From Eremomyces bilateralis CBS 781.70 (Eukaryota): 64,000 nucleotides of DNA. Where the stretch lies: NCBI GenBank assembly GCA_010015585.1, contig ML975185.1; one strand, given 5' to 3'. Positions 52,210 to 64,000 of the stretch are shown piece by piece. Made by a program: the position numbers and the translations under genes. Position 1 is the first letter of the stretch; every line of letters begins with the position of its first letter. The notes under the pieces were generated by a model, which worked only from the letters and a program-made list of their open reading frames with translations, searched no databases and was not told the DNA's origin.

Positions 52210-54211
52210 TTAGACAGCAGCCATCCTTTGGATATCTCGCTCACGTCCGAAGCCTGAGCTGCCCTTGTGGGGAAGCATTTGCTGCTTAGACTCGAACTTC
52301 TTGGGCCGTTTTGTCATGCCTGTCGGCACGGATATTGGGGAGGGCTTCTGTCTCCGTCCTGAACTCTGACAGCCCAGGTCCCCAGATGGTTTGACGGGTT
52401 CCCCAACGGCGGTAGCCGCCTCATAAAGAGGCAACGGCGACATGTCGTCGTGCAGGTCGCCAGACATGTGAGGTTCCAATAAGGAATTTTTGGGAGCCTC
52501 GCGGAGGTAGGCTGGAGGTTTGATTAGACGTTCGGAGTCATTCTCGTCAGCACCTGGTCTGCTACCCCAAGCTGTCTAAAAATGAGCAAGTTAGCTGAAT
52601 GGACGGGTCGTCCGAATTGGGGAATGACGCGCAGGACAGAGTGAACGTGTCCTTGTCACCTTCAGTTGATGTTGATGACAGCTCCAGACTTCGGAGTGGG
52701 GACAGCACTGCTGTACGACGCTGAAAAGCCGAGAGAGGTGGAGAGAAGCATGGGGGACAACTACTTACCCTATTGATGGTGCACATGGCCCAAAACTTGA
52801 TGATAATCGTATGAAGGTAGCCAACAAATGGCAAGAGAGGGAGGTACACCAAGTCCTCAGGGTACTGTTTCCAATGCTCAACGTATTTCACGGCTCGACA
52901 ACCCCAGAAAATCCATAGGCACATTATCGATCTTAGGCAACATTGCCACCCGAAGGATATTCCTGCCGTCATATTCCAGAACGAAGTGGAAAGGGCAAGA
53001 TCATAAATGGGCGACCATGATGTTAGGGTGGTTTGGAACACCGCGAAGGAACTCCACGGGTACCTCCTGAATTGGAGCGATTAGCAAACATAAGTCCCTT
53101 TATGGTTTGGACGGGATGTGCTTACTTCCAGATTGTCCGTTCTTGGAACATGCTCTTCAGGTTGCTTCGCCAGTTCGTCCTTGACCAGCGGAGGCATTGG
53201 CTGATATAGAGCGGATTGTTTTCCAGTGTGGTCAAAACCTCACAATCGGGATGATTCTGGATCCACGTGTTCCACCCATGATTGACCATCCAGCGGGTCA
53301 AAAAGTTGTCATCATCAACATTCAGGAGATATGTGCGCCATGTTTCGTGAGTGAATTCCCACATGAATGCCGGGTCCTGCAGGATTTTCGCCCGGTAGGC
53401 CACCGTTCGTCCAGAGAGGCATGGAAGGCCGCCGTCAATCTGCGCGCATGCAGTGCAATCGAAATTCCTGCGGATCAGGTATTGCGAATTCAAGAAATCC
53501 CAGAAGGTGGACTTTGGCCCCTTCATCACCCTTTGATTGGTCCCCACCCCTCCGATTTTGGGATCTCCGTCGAAGGGGGCTAGCATCCATTTTAATAGGT
53601 TTCGTGGCCAGACAACATCGTCATCTGCAAGAATGATGATCTTTGTCGAGACCCCCGGCAGGGCCTCCAAAATTTGCCTTCGTTTATTTGGCCGCTCAAT
53701 GCTCAAGACCGTAATGCGGGTTGAAATCGACTCGGCAAGGGTGACTGCCTGGCCAAGCTTTTCGTCAATCGTAACAAGGAATATCTCTTTCGGGTTATTT
53801 TGGACACATGTAGGGAGAAACCGTCGGAGGCTTTCCTGAGAAGGATCCAGCGCTGGAACAATGACGGTAACGTCCTGAGGAGTCAGGGGTTCCTCTGAGT
53901 TGTATTCAGGTGAAGGTTCACGGCAGGCTTGGAAAGACTTCGTGGGTTGATCATCTGATAGATCGGATTGGGGGGCGAAATCCTTGTTGCCCGGGGACCG
54001 AATCAACCTGGGAGCAGTCCCGGGGTGAATGGGTTTGTATGTCCCATACCCAATGAGATTCCCAATTAGGCGAACATATTTAAAGAAACTGATCGAAACC
54101 AAGTCAGTAGGAGTATGGAATAACAGCATCGATTAAAACTTTGGCAGGATATCAATCCACTCACAATAAAAGCCCGAACGCAATAGGTAGCGTTGTGAAA
54201 GACCCAAACAT
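52210..54211 (-). CDS. GT2 membrane polysaccharide synthase (Cps1/CpsA-like)
   Basis: ADDDV (DxD), CLSGRT, DDDNFLTRW, QCLRWSR (QxxRW), TM helices, spliced TAWGSR; 3 introns. Confidence 0.85.
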
Positions 54212-57200
54212 GTTTAAAATATACCGCTGGACACTCCTAAGAATAAAGATGACTGAGGAACGAACGGCATGACAAGGTGGACGGAAGTTCCTCCACCTGG
54301 GACATATACTGGGAAGGAGATCTGGAAATGATGACGAAACTTGGAGAAGGAATTAGCTGCTGATATATAGCAAACCGAAGTCGAGCGCTTCAGAGCAGGA
54401 GAGGCTCTGGGAACCAGACCACATCCAAATCAGTCTGTCGCATTTGGTGACTAGCAACCAGCGGCATTCCCGGACAAGGTGCAGGGCCAGGAAGCGTCAG
54501 GGCAACTGGCCGCCTGGCGGCTTGCATCAATTGCCCCCATGTCCTTTTCCTTGAACGGTGGGTCAAGATAGGTGGTGTGCTCTTGATCGCCATCCCGAAA
54601 GCCGTTCAAATTCCTCGTGTTATTGAGAGTGCCGTAGCGGATCCAGGATGAACCAAACCGAAATCAATAGGCCCCGCAGTGGGAGTGAGGTGAGAAACGC
54701 TGAGAGGAGAAGAGGGATGTGCCGGACCTTGTCGCTTGGCACCATCGAATGCGGTCCAAAGTCCAAACACAGACAAGGAAGCATCGCGGCAAGCATGAGC
54801 AAGAAAACATCCCCGTCTGACGCCACGTCCGCTATGCACGCCCTCCACCCTGAGTCCAGAGTCCACCATCGAATAATAGTTAGTGGAAATACTTCTGAAG
54901 TTCTGGATAGGATCTGGTCTACGTCGCCTAGACTCTGGAGGAGGTCGATTGGAGGAATCGGGATTGCGGGACCATTAGACTTGGGAGCAATAAATCATCA
55001 TGCCTCCACCCTGCGCGGACGCAGCCGCCGTGCGTACGCTGCACCCTCTCCGGCCGTTTCGTATGGTCGAAGTCTCTCCACAACAGGCGCTTCCCACTCA
55101 AGTTGCGACCGCACAGCAGCGCAACGCCGGTCACTCGTGCCGTCTTGCGATCGTGGCCAAGTGGGCTGCGAGCCTGCGACAGGCTGGACTCTGGATAAAC
55201 GGAACCACAGATGGCGGCCTGGGGCTGGACAGTGGACCCTGTCAAATGTCAAGGTCTCAGGAAGCAAGGAAGTTAGGAAGTTCGGAGCGTCGCACACTAC
55301 ACCACACGCCAACTTCTGACATCGGGGGAGGCCACCGAGTCCGAATCGGTGTTCCGCTTACGGAGGTAAGGTATCGCTGCAACAATACAATCAAACTATC
55401 CAGTTTCCCGGGAATGCGAATGAAGCGGTTTCGGCTCTGCGACTGTTCGCTTCCGCTTTCATGCTCACACGGGCGACACGGCAGCCCATGTCGGTGCAAA
55501 GCTTGCAGTTTGCATGTTGCAACGATCACCTCGGCCAATAGACCGGCTACCTTTTCTTAACCGTCGTCGCGAAAAGACGATCTCATTATTCTCGGCAGGC
55601 CCGTTCTGGAGGCGATTTTGCCATCGAGGGCATCAGTTATTAGTCCGCTGCAGGTGTTCATGAAACAGGAAACGTTAAGCTGGACGACGCGTGATAAGTC
55701 CGGACGAGTGCATTGGAGTGGCGTCTTCGGAGGTACTCTGTAGTCGACGGCCGAAATCAATCGGGGAGAACCGTCGGGGCGTCATTCAATCGGCTTCTCG
55801 AGTGCGGACAATCTGTCATGGCTGGATCATTGTGCAGAGGCGGGCGGCGATAGCTGCTTTTGACCATCCCGTTCTGCTATCGAGTGCTTAAGTGCACCAT
55901 TCCCTTGGGTTATGCAATTTCCCTCGAAGCGCCCTAGAGAATACACAGTAGGGATCGGTTGGACTCACCTTGAACTTGTGGATTCTCCTTCCTGATGTTA
56001 TCATTCTGATGCTCAGATTGGGGCTGAGTCCTTCAGACAATGTATACAGGTTATTAACTAATACTTCGTGAGTAAGGAGTAGAGTAACAATCCACCAAAC
56101 AGTCATTTGTCCAATATGGTTGTCGGTTGCTTGTCTCTGGCGCCCCACACCTTTGACGCCATTACTCGCCATGAGGATGTCGTACACTTACTAGACCAGA
56201 CGCGACATGATCGGAATCGCGACGGGCCGGCACGTATGGTCGCTCGACGCAAAGCATCCGAATCCTCCCTGGTTCTCCCTCTTTCGTTTAGAATTCAGAC
56301 AGCAGTCCGTAGGGAAGGTTCAATTCCTTCGAGTCACCGTAACCCCCACCGCGCCCCCCCCCCCCGATTTCTGCTGTCCAAATTTCCAGGCAATTTTTCC
56401 CCATTTCAAGAAACGAGATTTTATTAGCTGCAATGAAGGTTTAAATACTGCTAGGGACCGCTGCTCTTGCATTCGGGAGCGCTTCCCCGTAACAAGGTTT
56501 GGTTACTGGTATTTGGCATGTCGCATGGTGTTAAAAAGGTGCATATCCGTAGACGTGGGAGTGGTGGGATGTTCGACACATTGGGCTTCTTCTGCATCAC
56601 TTGATTTCTATTTCGCAAGCCCGGGGTGGGATTGGAAGGAGCTAGGGGTGGTTCGGGACTTTGCGCGACTGTGACATATCAAGTCGAAACCAAAGACTCG
56701 CACAAGAGTCCAAAGGTCGACTTCATAGCACGTGAAAGGTAAATGATCCTTCTGGCATAATCAAGCTCTCTGGAAAAAACGTGCGAACCAGGATCCGGCG
56801 AAAGGATGCGACGGGCCGCTGTGTCGCCTTCCACGAGGTCTTGTGCATACCGACATCTACAGGGCTGCATAAGATCGAACCGGTGTGAAATTGGAGGCAC
56901 GATCTCGACGATTGATGGACATGAACGCCATTCCACTCCCTCCTGAAGCATTGGCCGACGCCACAGCCGTAGATAGGAAGATGAAATATCTGCTCCGGAG
57001 CGTGAGAGTGTATATATGTAAGAATGTTCCGAATTCGGCATCTTCGTGCATAGCTTCTAGTTAAGCAACGTATCGATCTTGGAAAGGTCCCTAAGGTGCG
57101 AAAATATCACATAGTGTAGCTGCTCCCCCCAAGGCATGGCCAATTGCTATATCTGACAGTGGCTCTTCAGTGAAGGGTGTCCGTCGCTTCGTAGAGTACT

Positions 57201-60158
57201 GGTAACATAGCCGTGGACCTGTACTCGAGAACTCCTAGATCATAGAACCTTACGGACCTAGAAGAAACGGCCAAGACGTTTCGGCGGTGCCTAGGAATAG
57301 GAGGGCTCATTGATCCTACCAAGATTGTTCGGAGGTTTGGCCATGTCAGATCCCCTCGCGGTGCCACTGATGGACACCATCGGAGGCGGGCATCCGTAGA
57401 CCAGATCTGGCGTCCCCGGAACCGCGCGGTTGTTCCCCAGAGGAATTCGTACAATTGTACTGCAGTCAGGTACCTTGCATGACCCCGATCATGTCCGTCC
57501 CTGATAATAGTATTTGTCCCACCTTGTTGAGTGGCCAGGGAGATCCGTTCAACAACAAAGGCAAGTTCCAGTGTGCAAAATCTGCAGCCCTGCGACATGT
57601 GACAGGGGGTGGGATCACAAAGTCCCAGAATGATCTTTGAGTGCCTTCTTCGGACAGGAATTGGCTGGAATTAATGCTGTCTGTTCAACTTTCGCCCACT
57701 GTAGAACCGACAGCAGTCGTGAAAATAGGCAGGAGAGTGTAGAGGTTGTGAAAAAGAATTAAAAAAGAAAGACGTATGTTACTCTAACAAAGCTTCATGA
57801 CTGACGGCGACTCTTCTAGGGCCATTACACTTGATATAGGGTAGAGGTTGTCCCAGGACCATCGAGCTACTGCGTTTGCACGCGCCTCTGATTACATACG
57901 CCATACAGAATGCTTTGGCTTGTTGACTTGCTTATCGTTATTTTGCTGTGAAGGCGATCAATTGAAATTCCGGTATCTTTGCGGGCTTTCAATCCCATGG
58001 CGTTGGGAACGGATGAGGCACAGCAGTTTCATGCATACGAATTGTGCTTCCGGAGAAAATCTGATGGAGCTACTGAACCATCCCGAGTCAAAAGGGGTAA
58101 CGAAGGACAAGCCAAACGAAGGAGCCAAACGAAGACACAATACGCACTCTTATTGACAAAGTACATGTAGAATACAAATACTCATGACAATGATGAACTT
58201 GGACGTTGAAAGTTGAAAGGTGAACGAACGCAAGGGCCTTCGCTAAGTACCGACTTACATGTAAGGTAATTATCTTCACACGTCGACGCGTTTTCCAGAG
58301 CCTGGGACTTCCTCATGCCCGGCAATTACCTGCGTTTTTCCCACTCCTCCACCTCTGCCTGACTAATATGTCCGAAAATGTTTTCATCGTCCGATTTCCT
58401 TGTTCGGTGCTAGTTCTTTACAATGTCAATCGTCTATGGCTGTTAGTCTCGACTTTCGCTTGACTTGAAAGAGGGGAAACGTATGCTGTAGAAGGGATGG
58501 TCGACCAACGTTTTCAAACTGGCAGAAAAAGGGGGAATATATGGGGCAATATTTCATGGAAGATGGAATTATCATAATTCATAATCTAGGTTAACTTCCC
58601 GAAGCTGGATGATCGATGGATGGAGGCATCCGAGACCTATCAACTGAAGCTGTCAGACTAGAGAGTTAGGTCACAGCCACCACAGCATCGATTTTTTCGC
58701 AGTTTGTGAGGGACTGTGCGCGAGTCTAGTCATACGGGCTACAGCAGTCAGTCAATTTTCCCAATATGCCAACTGTCTCTCAGGGGAGGAACTGGTCGAG
58801 CCGCTGAAAGGCTCGCTCACTAGTCACTACCTACTAACTCTGCTTTGGAATGCCAACCACTATCCACGAATAAAACGTCTTATCCATCTACAATGGTTTG
58901 TTACCCTTCGACAACCGGAATCTGATACCTCCAAGAGAAGGAGAAAAGAAGGCGGGAATTATGCACGCGGATTATAAATCTCCAACATAAATATAGGATG
59001 GATACTCTACAGTTCCCCTTTTATTTAGGGGTCCAGGTCATAGACTTTGGTCTAGCGGAAGCCCCCTACAGTATGCTGTATGCTACCTACTTGCCGGCAC
59101 TACTTATTCATAATCACAGCTCGATATTCCATCTGATACAACCCACTTTGGGCGTTACCCCACAAGTAGGATTGTCCATCGCGCCGTGACGTGCTCAGGT
59201 GTCATCCAAAGCGACCCGACATCAGGAACGCAGTGTTCTGAAATTGAATGTCCCCGCGGGTATACTAACTTATCCCGCACTGCTACGACTCTTCACGGGT
59301 TTTCCAATCGATCTTGTTAGTCTCGTAGGTAATATGTCTCGGGCGATTAAGTACCAGGTTTGAGACTTTGAGCGGATCCCTTGGGCTAAACGAAGGGGGT
59401 GTCACTTGTCAAGTAGTCTTATTATGTTGCAATTCGATTGACGACACTACATAACATGTGTCTACGAGTTCACTTGCCTGGTCTCATTCCTCCGTTCTAA
59501 GCCAGTGCAGCATCCTAGCTAGCTGTCTGGAACAGCTTCTCAATCGAGAAAACCCGCATTCTCTTCACCAGGATTCTGTTGGTATTCCTATCGGAAGGAC
59601 CGAGAACATGATTGGTTTTCTAAGGCGGAGAAACCAAGCATTCCTACTCCTAATGAGTTCTTTCGAACCTTGAAGGGATTGGGGCGCACTCGACAAACCG
59701 TCAAGGTCGTTGCCAACGTATCCTTGGGTTGGAGGACGGAATTTTGGACCGAAGTACAGTGTGGATGCTTCTGGATTAGGACATGCACTAGACAATTTAA
59801 ACGCCATGTTTAGCGCCGATCCGGAACGGGGAAGAGGTTCCGCGAAGGCCTTAATTCATGGTATCCGAACGTGCTCATCCCCACGTCGGCGGTCTGTATT
59901 ACCTCGTCGCCTGGGATTGAAAGCACAGCGTGGGAGGCAGATGCCCTTGAGACAAGGAATTTTGCTTAGGACACGTGTCCTCACTTCCGGTCCTCTTCGA
60001 CCCGAGTTGCCATGTATATTTCGTAGTCTTCAATTCTCTGACGCCGTGTCCAAATGCCGATCATGCTATGCGCTAGAAGGTGTGCCTCAAAATCCACTCG
60101 CTATGCAATATCAAATCATCAATCGTCTCGCAACGCACCGCGTCTGGAACCGTTATGG

Positions 60159-63100
60159 TCAATATCGCTTGTATTTCTGAGACAGGATTAGGCACAATAA
60201 TTCGTGATCGATTCGTGGGGAAGATCCTTACCTCATCCATCTTCCTTTGACTGTCCTTATCCAGCGCATTGCTTGCCCCTAACAGAGTCAATCCAATTGC
60301 TTTGGACGCTCCGATGACGGGTCGTAGAATAACTGTTGGCGCTCTTCGCGCCATCGCTGCTACTGCACCAGTGGGGTTTTCACTCTCGATCACCTCCGCC
60401 GGTACCGCCACAATGGCATCTCGGGTCGTCAACAGGTCTCGCTCCAAACTCCTTGCAGCCCCTCGTAATCCTGCGAACACGCCCATCGGTTGGTTTGAAT
60501 AATGAGAGACGGCCCGCTGAGCATCCGTCGCAGGAGAAATGCTCCCTGGTGGATAAGACGCTACTTCCCAGTCCGAATCACCACGGGGCGTGGATGGCCC
60601 TGCAACAGTGGTAGGTGACAGCAAGCCTTCCGCGCCAGAGAGCAAGTCGTGCGTTCCAAAAGCAACTTTAGCTCCTAGCCGGGCCAATTCTCCCGTGGTG
60701 GTTCGGGCAAATGAAGCGGCTCCTTTCTGAATGCTTCGGACTATTCTACCATCTTTCTTGTATTCTCGCAGGGGGATGGTAACCAAGTCAAGCACACCGC
60801 CGCCAACATTGACGAAGGGTCGAACCGGAGCCAGTCCAGCCAAGACCTTGGGGAGTTGATTTCTCTTGACATCGGGCACCCAGATATCATTCAGCATGTT
60901 GTGGAGCCTATCGAGTCCAGAAACGCCATAGAGGATGACTCTTCGAAGGAGAATATCGGCTTGGTCAAGGATAAAGAAGTTCATGAATTCGGTGGTGTGA
61001 CCAGATCGTAGGCCCGTGTAGTCGACCTTCTTCGGTTTGTAGTCCAATCTGAGTCGGACAGTATTGATCTCCATCCTCTGGATGAACAAATCATCGCTGG
61101 GGGTAGCTGATCCCTTGTGTGGTTTTGTGTCGTCCTTGAACTCGAAGAATCGCGTGATGAACTCCAGCGCGTCTTGGTCCACATGGAGACGCAGTGGCAA
61201 TACATTTACCTTGATAACTAGCTCTGAAGCGGCGAGTTCGGGTACAGGGCGGACGTTCAAAACTTGCAGTTGTATCATCGGCCTACCGGTTTCTCGTTCG
61301 CCAGCGTCGTGCATATAAGTGCAGAACTTCTTCCATGTTGATGACGGTACATGATCGAAGATTTCCAGGTCATGAACCTGCAAAACCAGGGACTGCTGCG
61401 TTTCGCCGGAACCGGGAGGGAATACTATTAGATCAACCGATATTCCTTTTAATTCGAAAGTGATCTTGTGGTGTTGGCTTCTTTCCAATCTGAGCTTCCT
61501 GCGTTTTCGTGGAGCCGGATTCTGTCTGGTTGCAGTCCTTGTGGTCGAATTTGAGACAGCATAACTTTCCGATTCGCTTGCTGCATCGTCAATGTTTCGG
61601 TTGATATGACGACGGAGGTCCGCGGCTTCGCGATTCGGGGGCACTTCAATCCAAATAGAATTGAAGAGAAAATCCCCAACGGCAGACTCTTCATCCTCAG
61701 GCTCTGCGGAGATGCGTCGTTTCCGGCGGCGTTCCTCCGCTTTAGACTCAATATCCTGGACAACTTTTCCAATGACATCCCGGGTTTTGGGCCAGTCGTA
61801 GCCATCGAAAAGGTTCCAAATGAAATGAACGTCTCGAACGCGGAGTTTGAGAGGTGCACATTTGCGATTGGATTCGTCGGGATCGAGGAACTTGTTGTTT
61901 ATCGAGTCCCACTTCACTCGTCCGCGCCGAATCCGAGGATGTGAAATAATGTGATTCTCTTCGAAATCTATGCGTTCGGGTGTAGATTCGGCCAGGATCG
62001 TGCCTTGAAATGCACCGACTCTGTTGATATTCCGTCCACTCGTCCTTGGCCCCAGGGGTCGGCGTTCTCCAAGAGAATATTGATCAACTCGATCTGAAGC
62101 GTGATCAGAATTCGGATGGTAGAAACTGCCCACAAACTCCATGTCGGCGAAGAAATCATCGGCAGTTAGGTCGACCTCATCCGGAGACCGCGATTCTTCT
62201 TCGAGTTCTTCTTTCTCCACAAATGCATCGCCAGTAAACGAAGCCATCATGTCCTCCATGGGCACCACCTGTGTTCGATACTTCTGTTCTTCGCTTATTG
62301 GTGGGGATTTCGGCTTCAACCCGCTGGCCATACCGATGAGAGTTTGAGTCGAGTCGGCACATGTTTCCATTACGAACAGCTCATCTTTGAAGTCCACCTC
62401 AACTGCCTTTGCTCCATCAGCGGCCTCATCGACCTGGATTACTGCCTGGGCAGCAGAGATGACACCAATGGAAACATAGCCTTGATCTTGTAGATCTCGT
62501 GCATGCTTGCTTTCGCCAAAGGTCATCGCCGGTTGTCTTGGGGGTCTTTCTACGAATTCATCTAACCTCTCAACGTCGTCAATCAGCAGCAAAGATGCCT
62601 TTCGGATATCCAGGACGGCCTTGATAGGGTGATCGATGGGCAGCGCGCCATGGAGCCTGGTGTTCGTACAAAGAAACAGTGCCTTTGCAGTAGAATCATA
62701 CGGGTTTAACCCCACCGCACAATCTCGGAGCAAAATATCCAATTGTAATGGTTTTCGCTCGAGCTTCTCTGGGCTAGGTTGTCGGGTCGACACATTCTCA
62801 GAGTCCATCGTGATTGTGGCGATAGATAATGCGAGTTCCGTTGTGAGTTCTTCAACTGTTCCTTCTTCGTCAAGACCAAGTATTGCCATGACAGTACTGA
62901 CATTGTATTCACAGCAAAGGTTGTGCAGTTTGATTTTAACCGTCGGCTCCATCTCGCCGCCAACCATGCGCGCCATGATCATGGCAGAGTCCTCGGAGGC
63001 CGGGAAACGTAGGACCGGTTTGATGATTTCTTCATCGTCGCCTCGGAAAACCGAAATAGTGCCGACCTCTACGGCTGAAAGGGGTGGGAAGACGACGTGT

Positions 63101-64000
63101 GCAACCTGAGCGTTTTTGCACTTCACCCGAGCACTCCCAAAGCGAGCATTTACGGGCATTTCGAGGTCGATATCCTTGATAAGACAGAGGATCAACGGCC
63201 CGGGACTATCATCTTCAGGGAGGTACTTGGTGACGGTCGAAAGTTTGGTGATCTCTTCGTTCAACGACCGCATCTGATCAAGGCCTTCAGGGTTGACGAT
63301 GTTGATGCGGACAGCAGAGGACGTCAAGCGAACAACAGGGCCTCTTTTGCGTTGTCTCAAAAGGATCTCAAGCAATATGTCGTCATCATCCTCATACTTG
63401 TCCTTGGATGGGGTAATCAGGGACACGAGCCTCGTCAGGTCTGATTCTTCCGGTGCGAAACGGAATTCGAGACGCGAGTTGTCGATATCCACCGTAACAG
63501 GGGGGCCGTTCTGCCCTGAAAAGTCATTTGCGCATGTCAATCGAACGGCATCTATCTGCGCGCCAAAAACGGTCTCCCGGAACACGAGCTTAATGGCGGT
63601 CGTTCGAAGCGCAACGGAAGCAGACCTGCCGGCGAGAGTGAAGGTAAAGCCCGCAATACGGGCATTCAGTTTTATTTTGGCTGCAGCATCGCTCGTGGGC
63701 GGGCTCACGGTCGGAGTTGAAGGAGCGAAATGAACACCCTGCGATTTGGGTTTCTTCGGCGTAATAATTGGAGTAGGACTGTTCGAACTGATCGAATTGC
63801 TCAATTCCAGGACTCCGCTCAACCCTCCAAATGCACTCAATGTTTCGTCCAATAGAGGCATATCCAAATTGAAGATAACTGGAAGCGTGGAAACTCCAAT
63901 ATCGAAGGTATTCGCCTTTTTGTGCACCCATGCAGATATAGCTTTCGCTTGGACTTCCTTCAGCACCCTAGTGGATGTTCTCAAGCTTGCCGAGTCATCA
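60159..64000 (-). CDS. ATG2: Autophagy-related protein 2 (5'-partial)
   Basis: ETCADSTQTL, WNLFDGYDW, LRLHVDQDALEF, LDYKPKKVDY, GRIVRSIQKG, RAPTVILRP. Terminal intron 60177-60231 gives ...KMDEKYKRY*. Confidence 0.95.

Noticed and set aside
58190..58362. Box C/D snoRNA candidate (ATGATGA ... CTGA)
   Set aside because: Boxes are ~170 nt apart, with no terminal stem or recognisable rRNA guide.

Overview
Eukaryotic, intron-containing DNA from a filamentous ascomycete (Pezizomycotina-type GT..CTRAY..YAG introns of about 45-60 nt). The first ~4.7 kb is the right-hand part of an apparently intact helicase-encoding DNA transposon (AcademH-like). It carries a RecQ-type SF2 helicase ORF and, tail-to-tail with it, a spliced ~876-aa DUF6589/Academ-type transposase, followed by a subterminal motif array. 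The rest is mostly core fungal genes: large-subunit catalase, peroxisomal SCP2, ADA2-like deaminase, TGL2-like lipase, MPP-beta, SDH4, 14-3-3, ATPase inhibitor, Nsp1, Laa2-like protein, Sln1/TcsB histidine kinase, an MFS transporter, a Cps1-like GT2 and the 3' part of ATG2. There is also a three-gene L-rhamnose catabolic cluster (LRA1, LRA2, LRA4; no LRA3 or regulator) and a degenerate GH18 class III chitinase-like relic. All calls come from manual motif recognition and hand-traced splicing; no database search was run.
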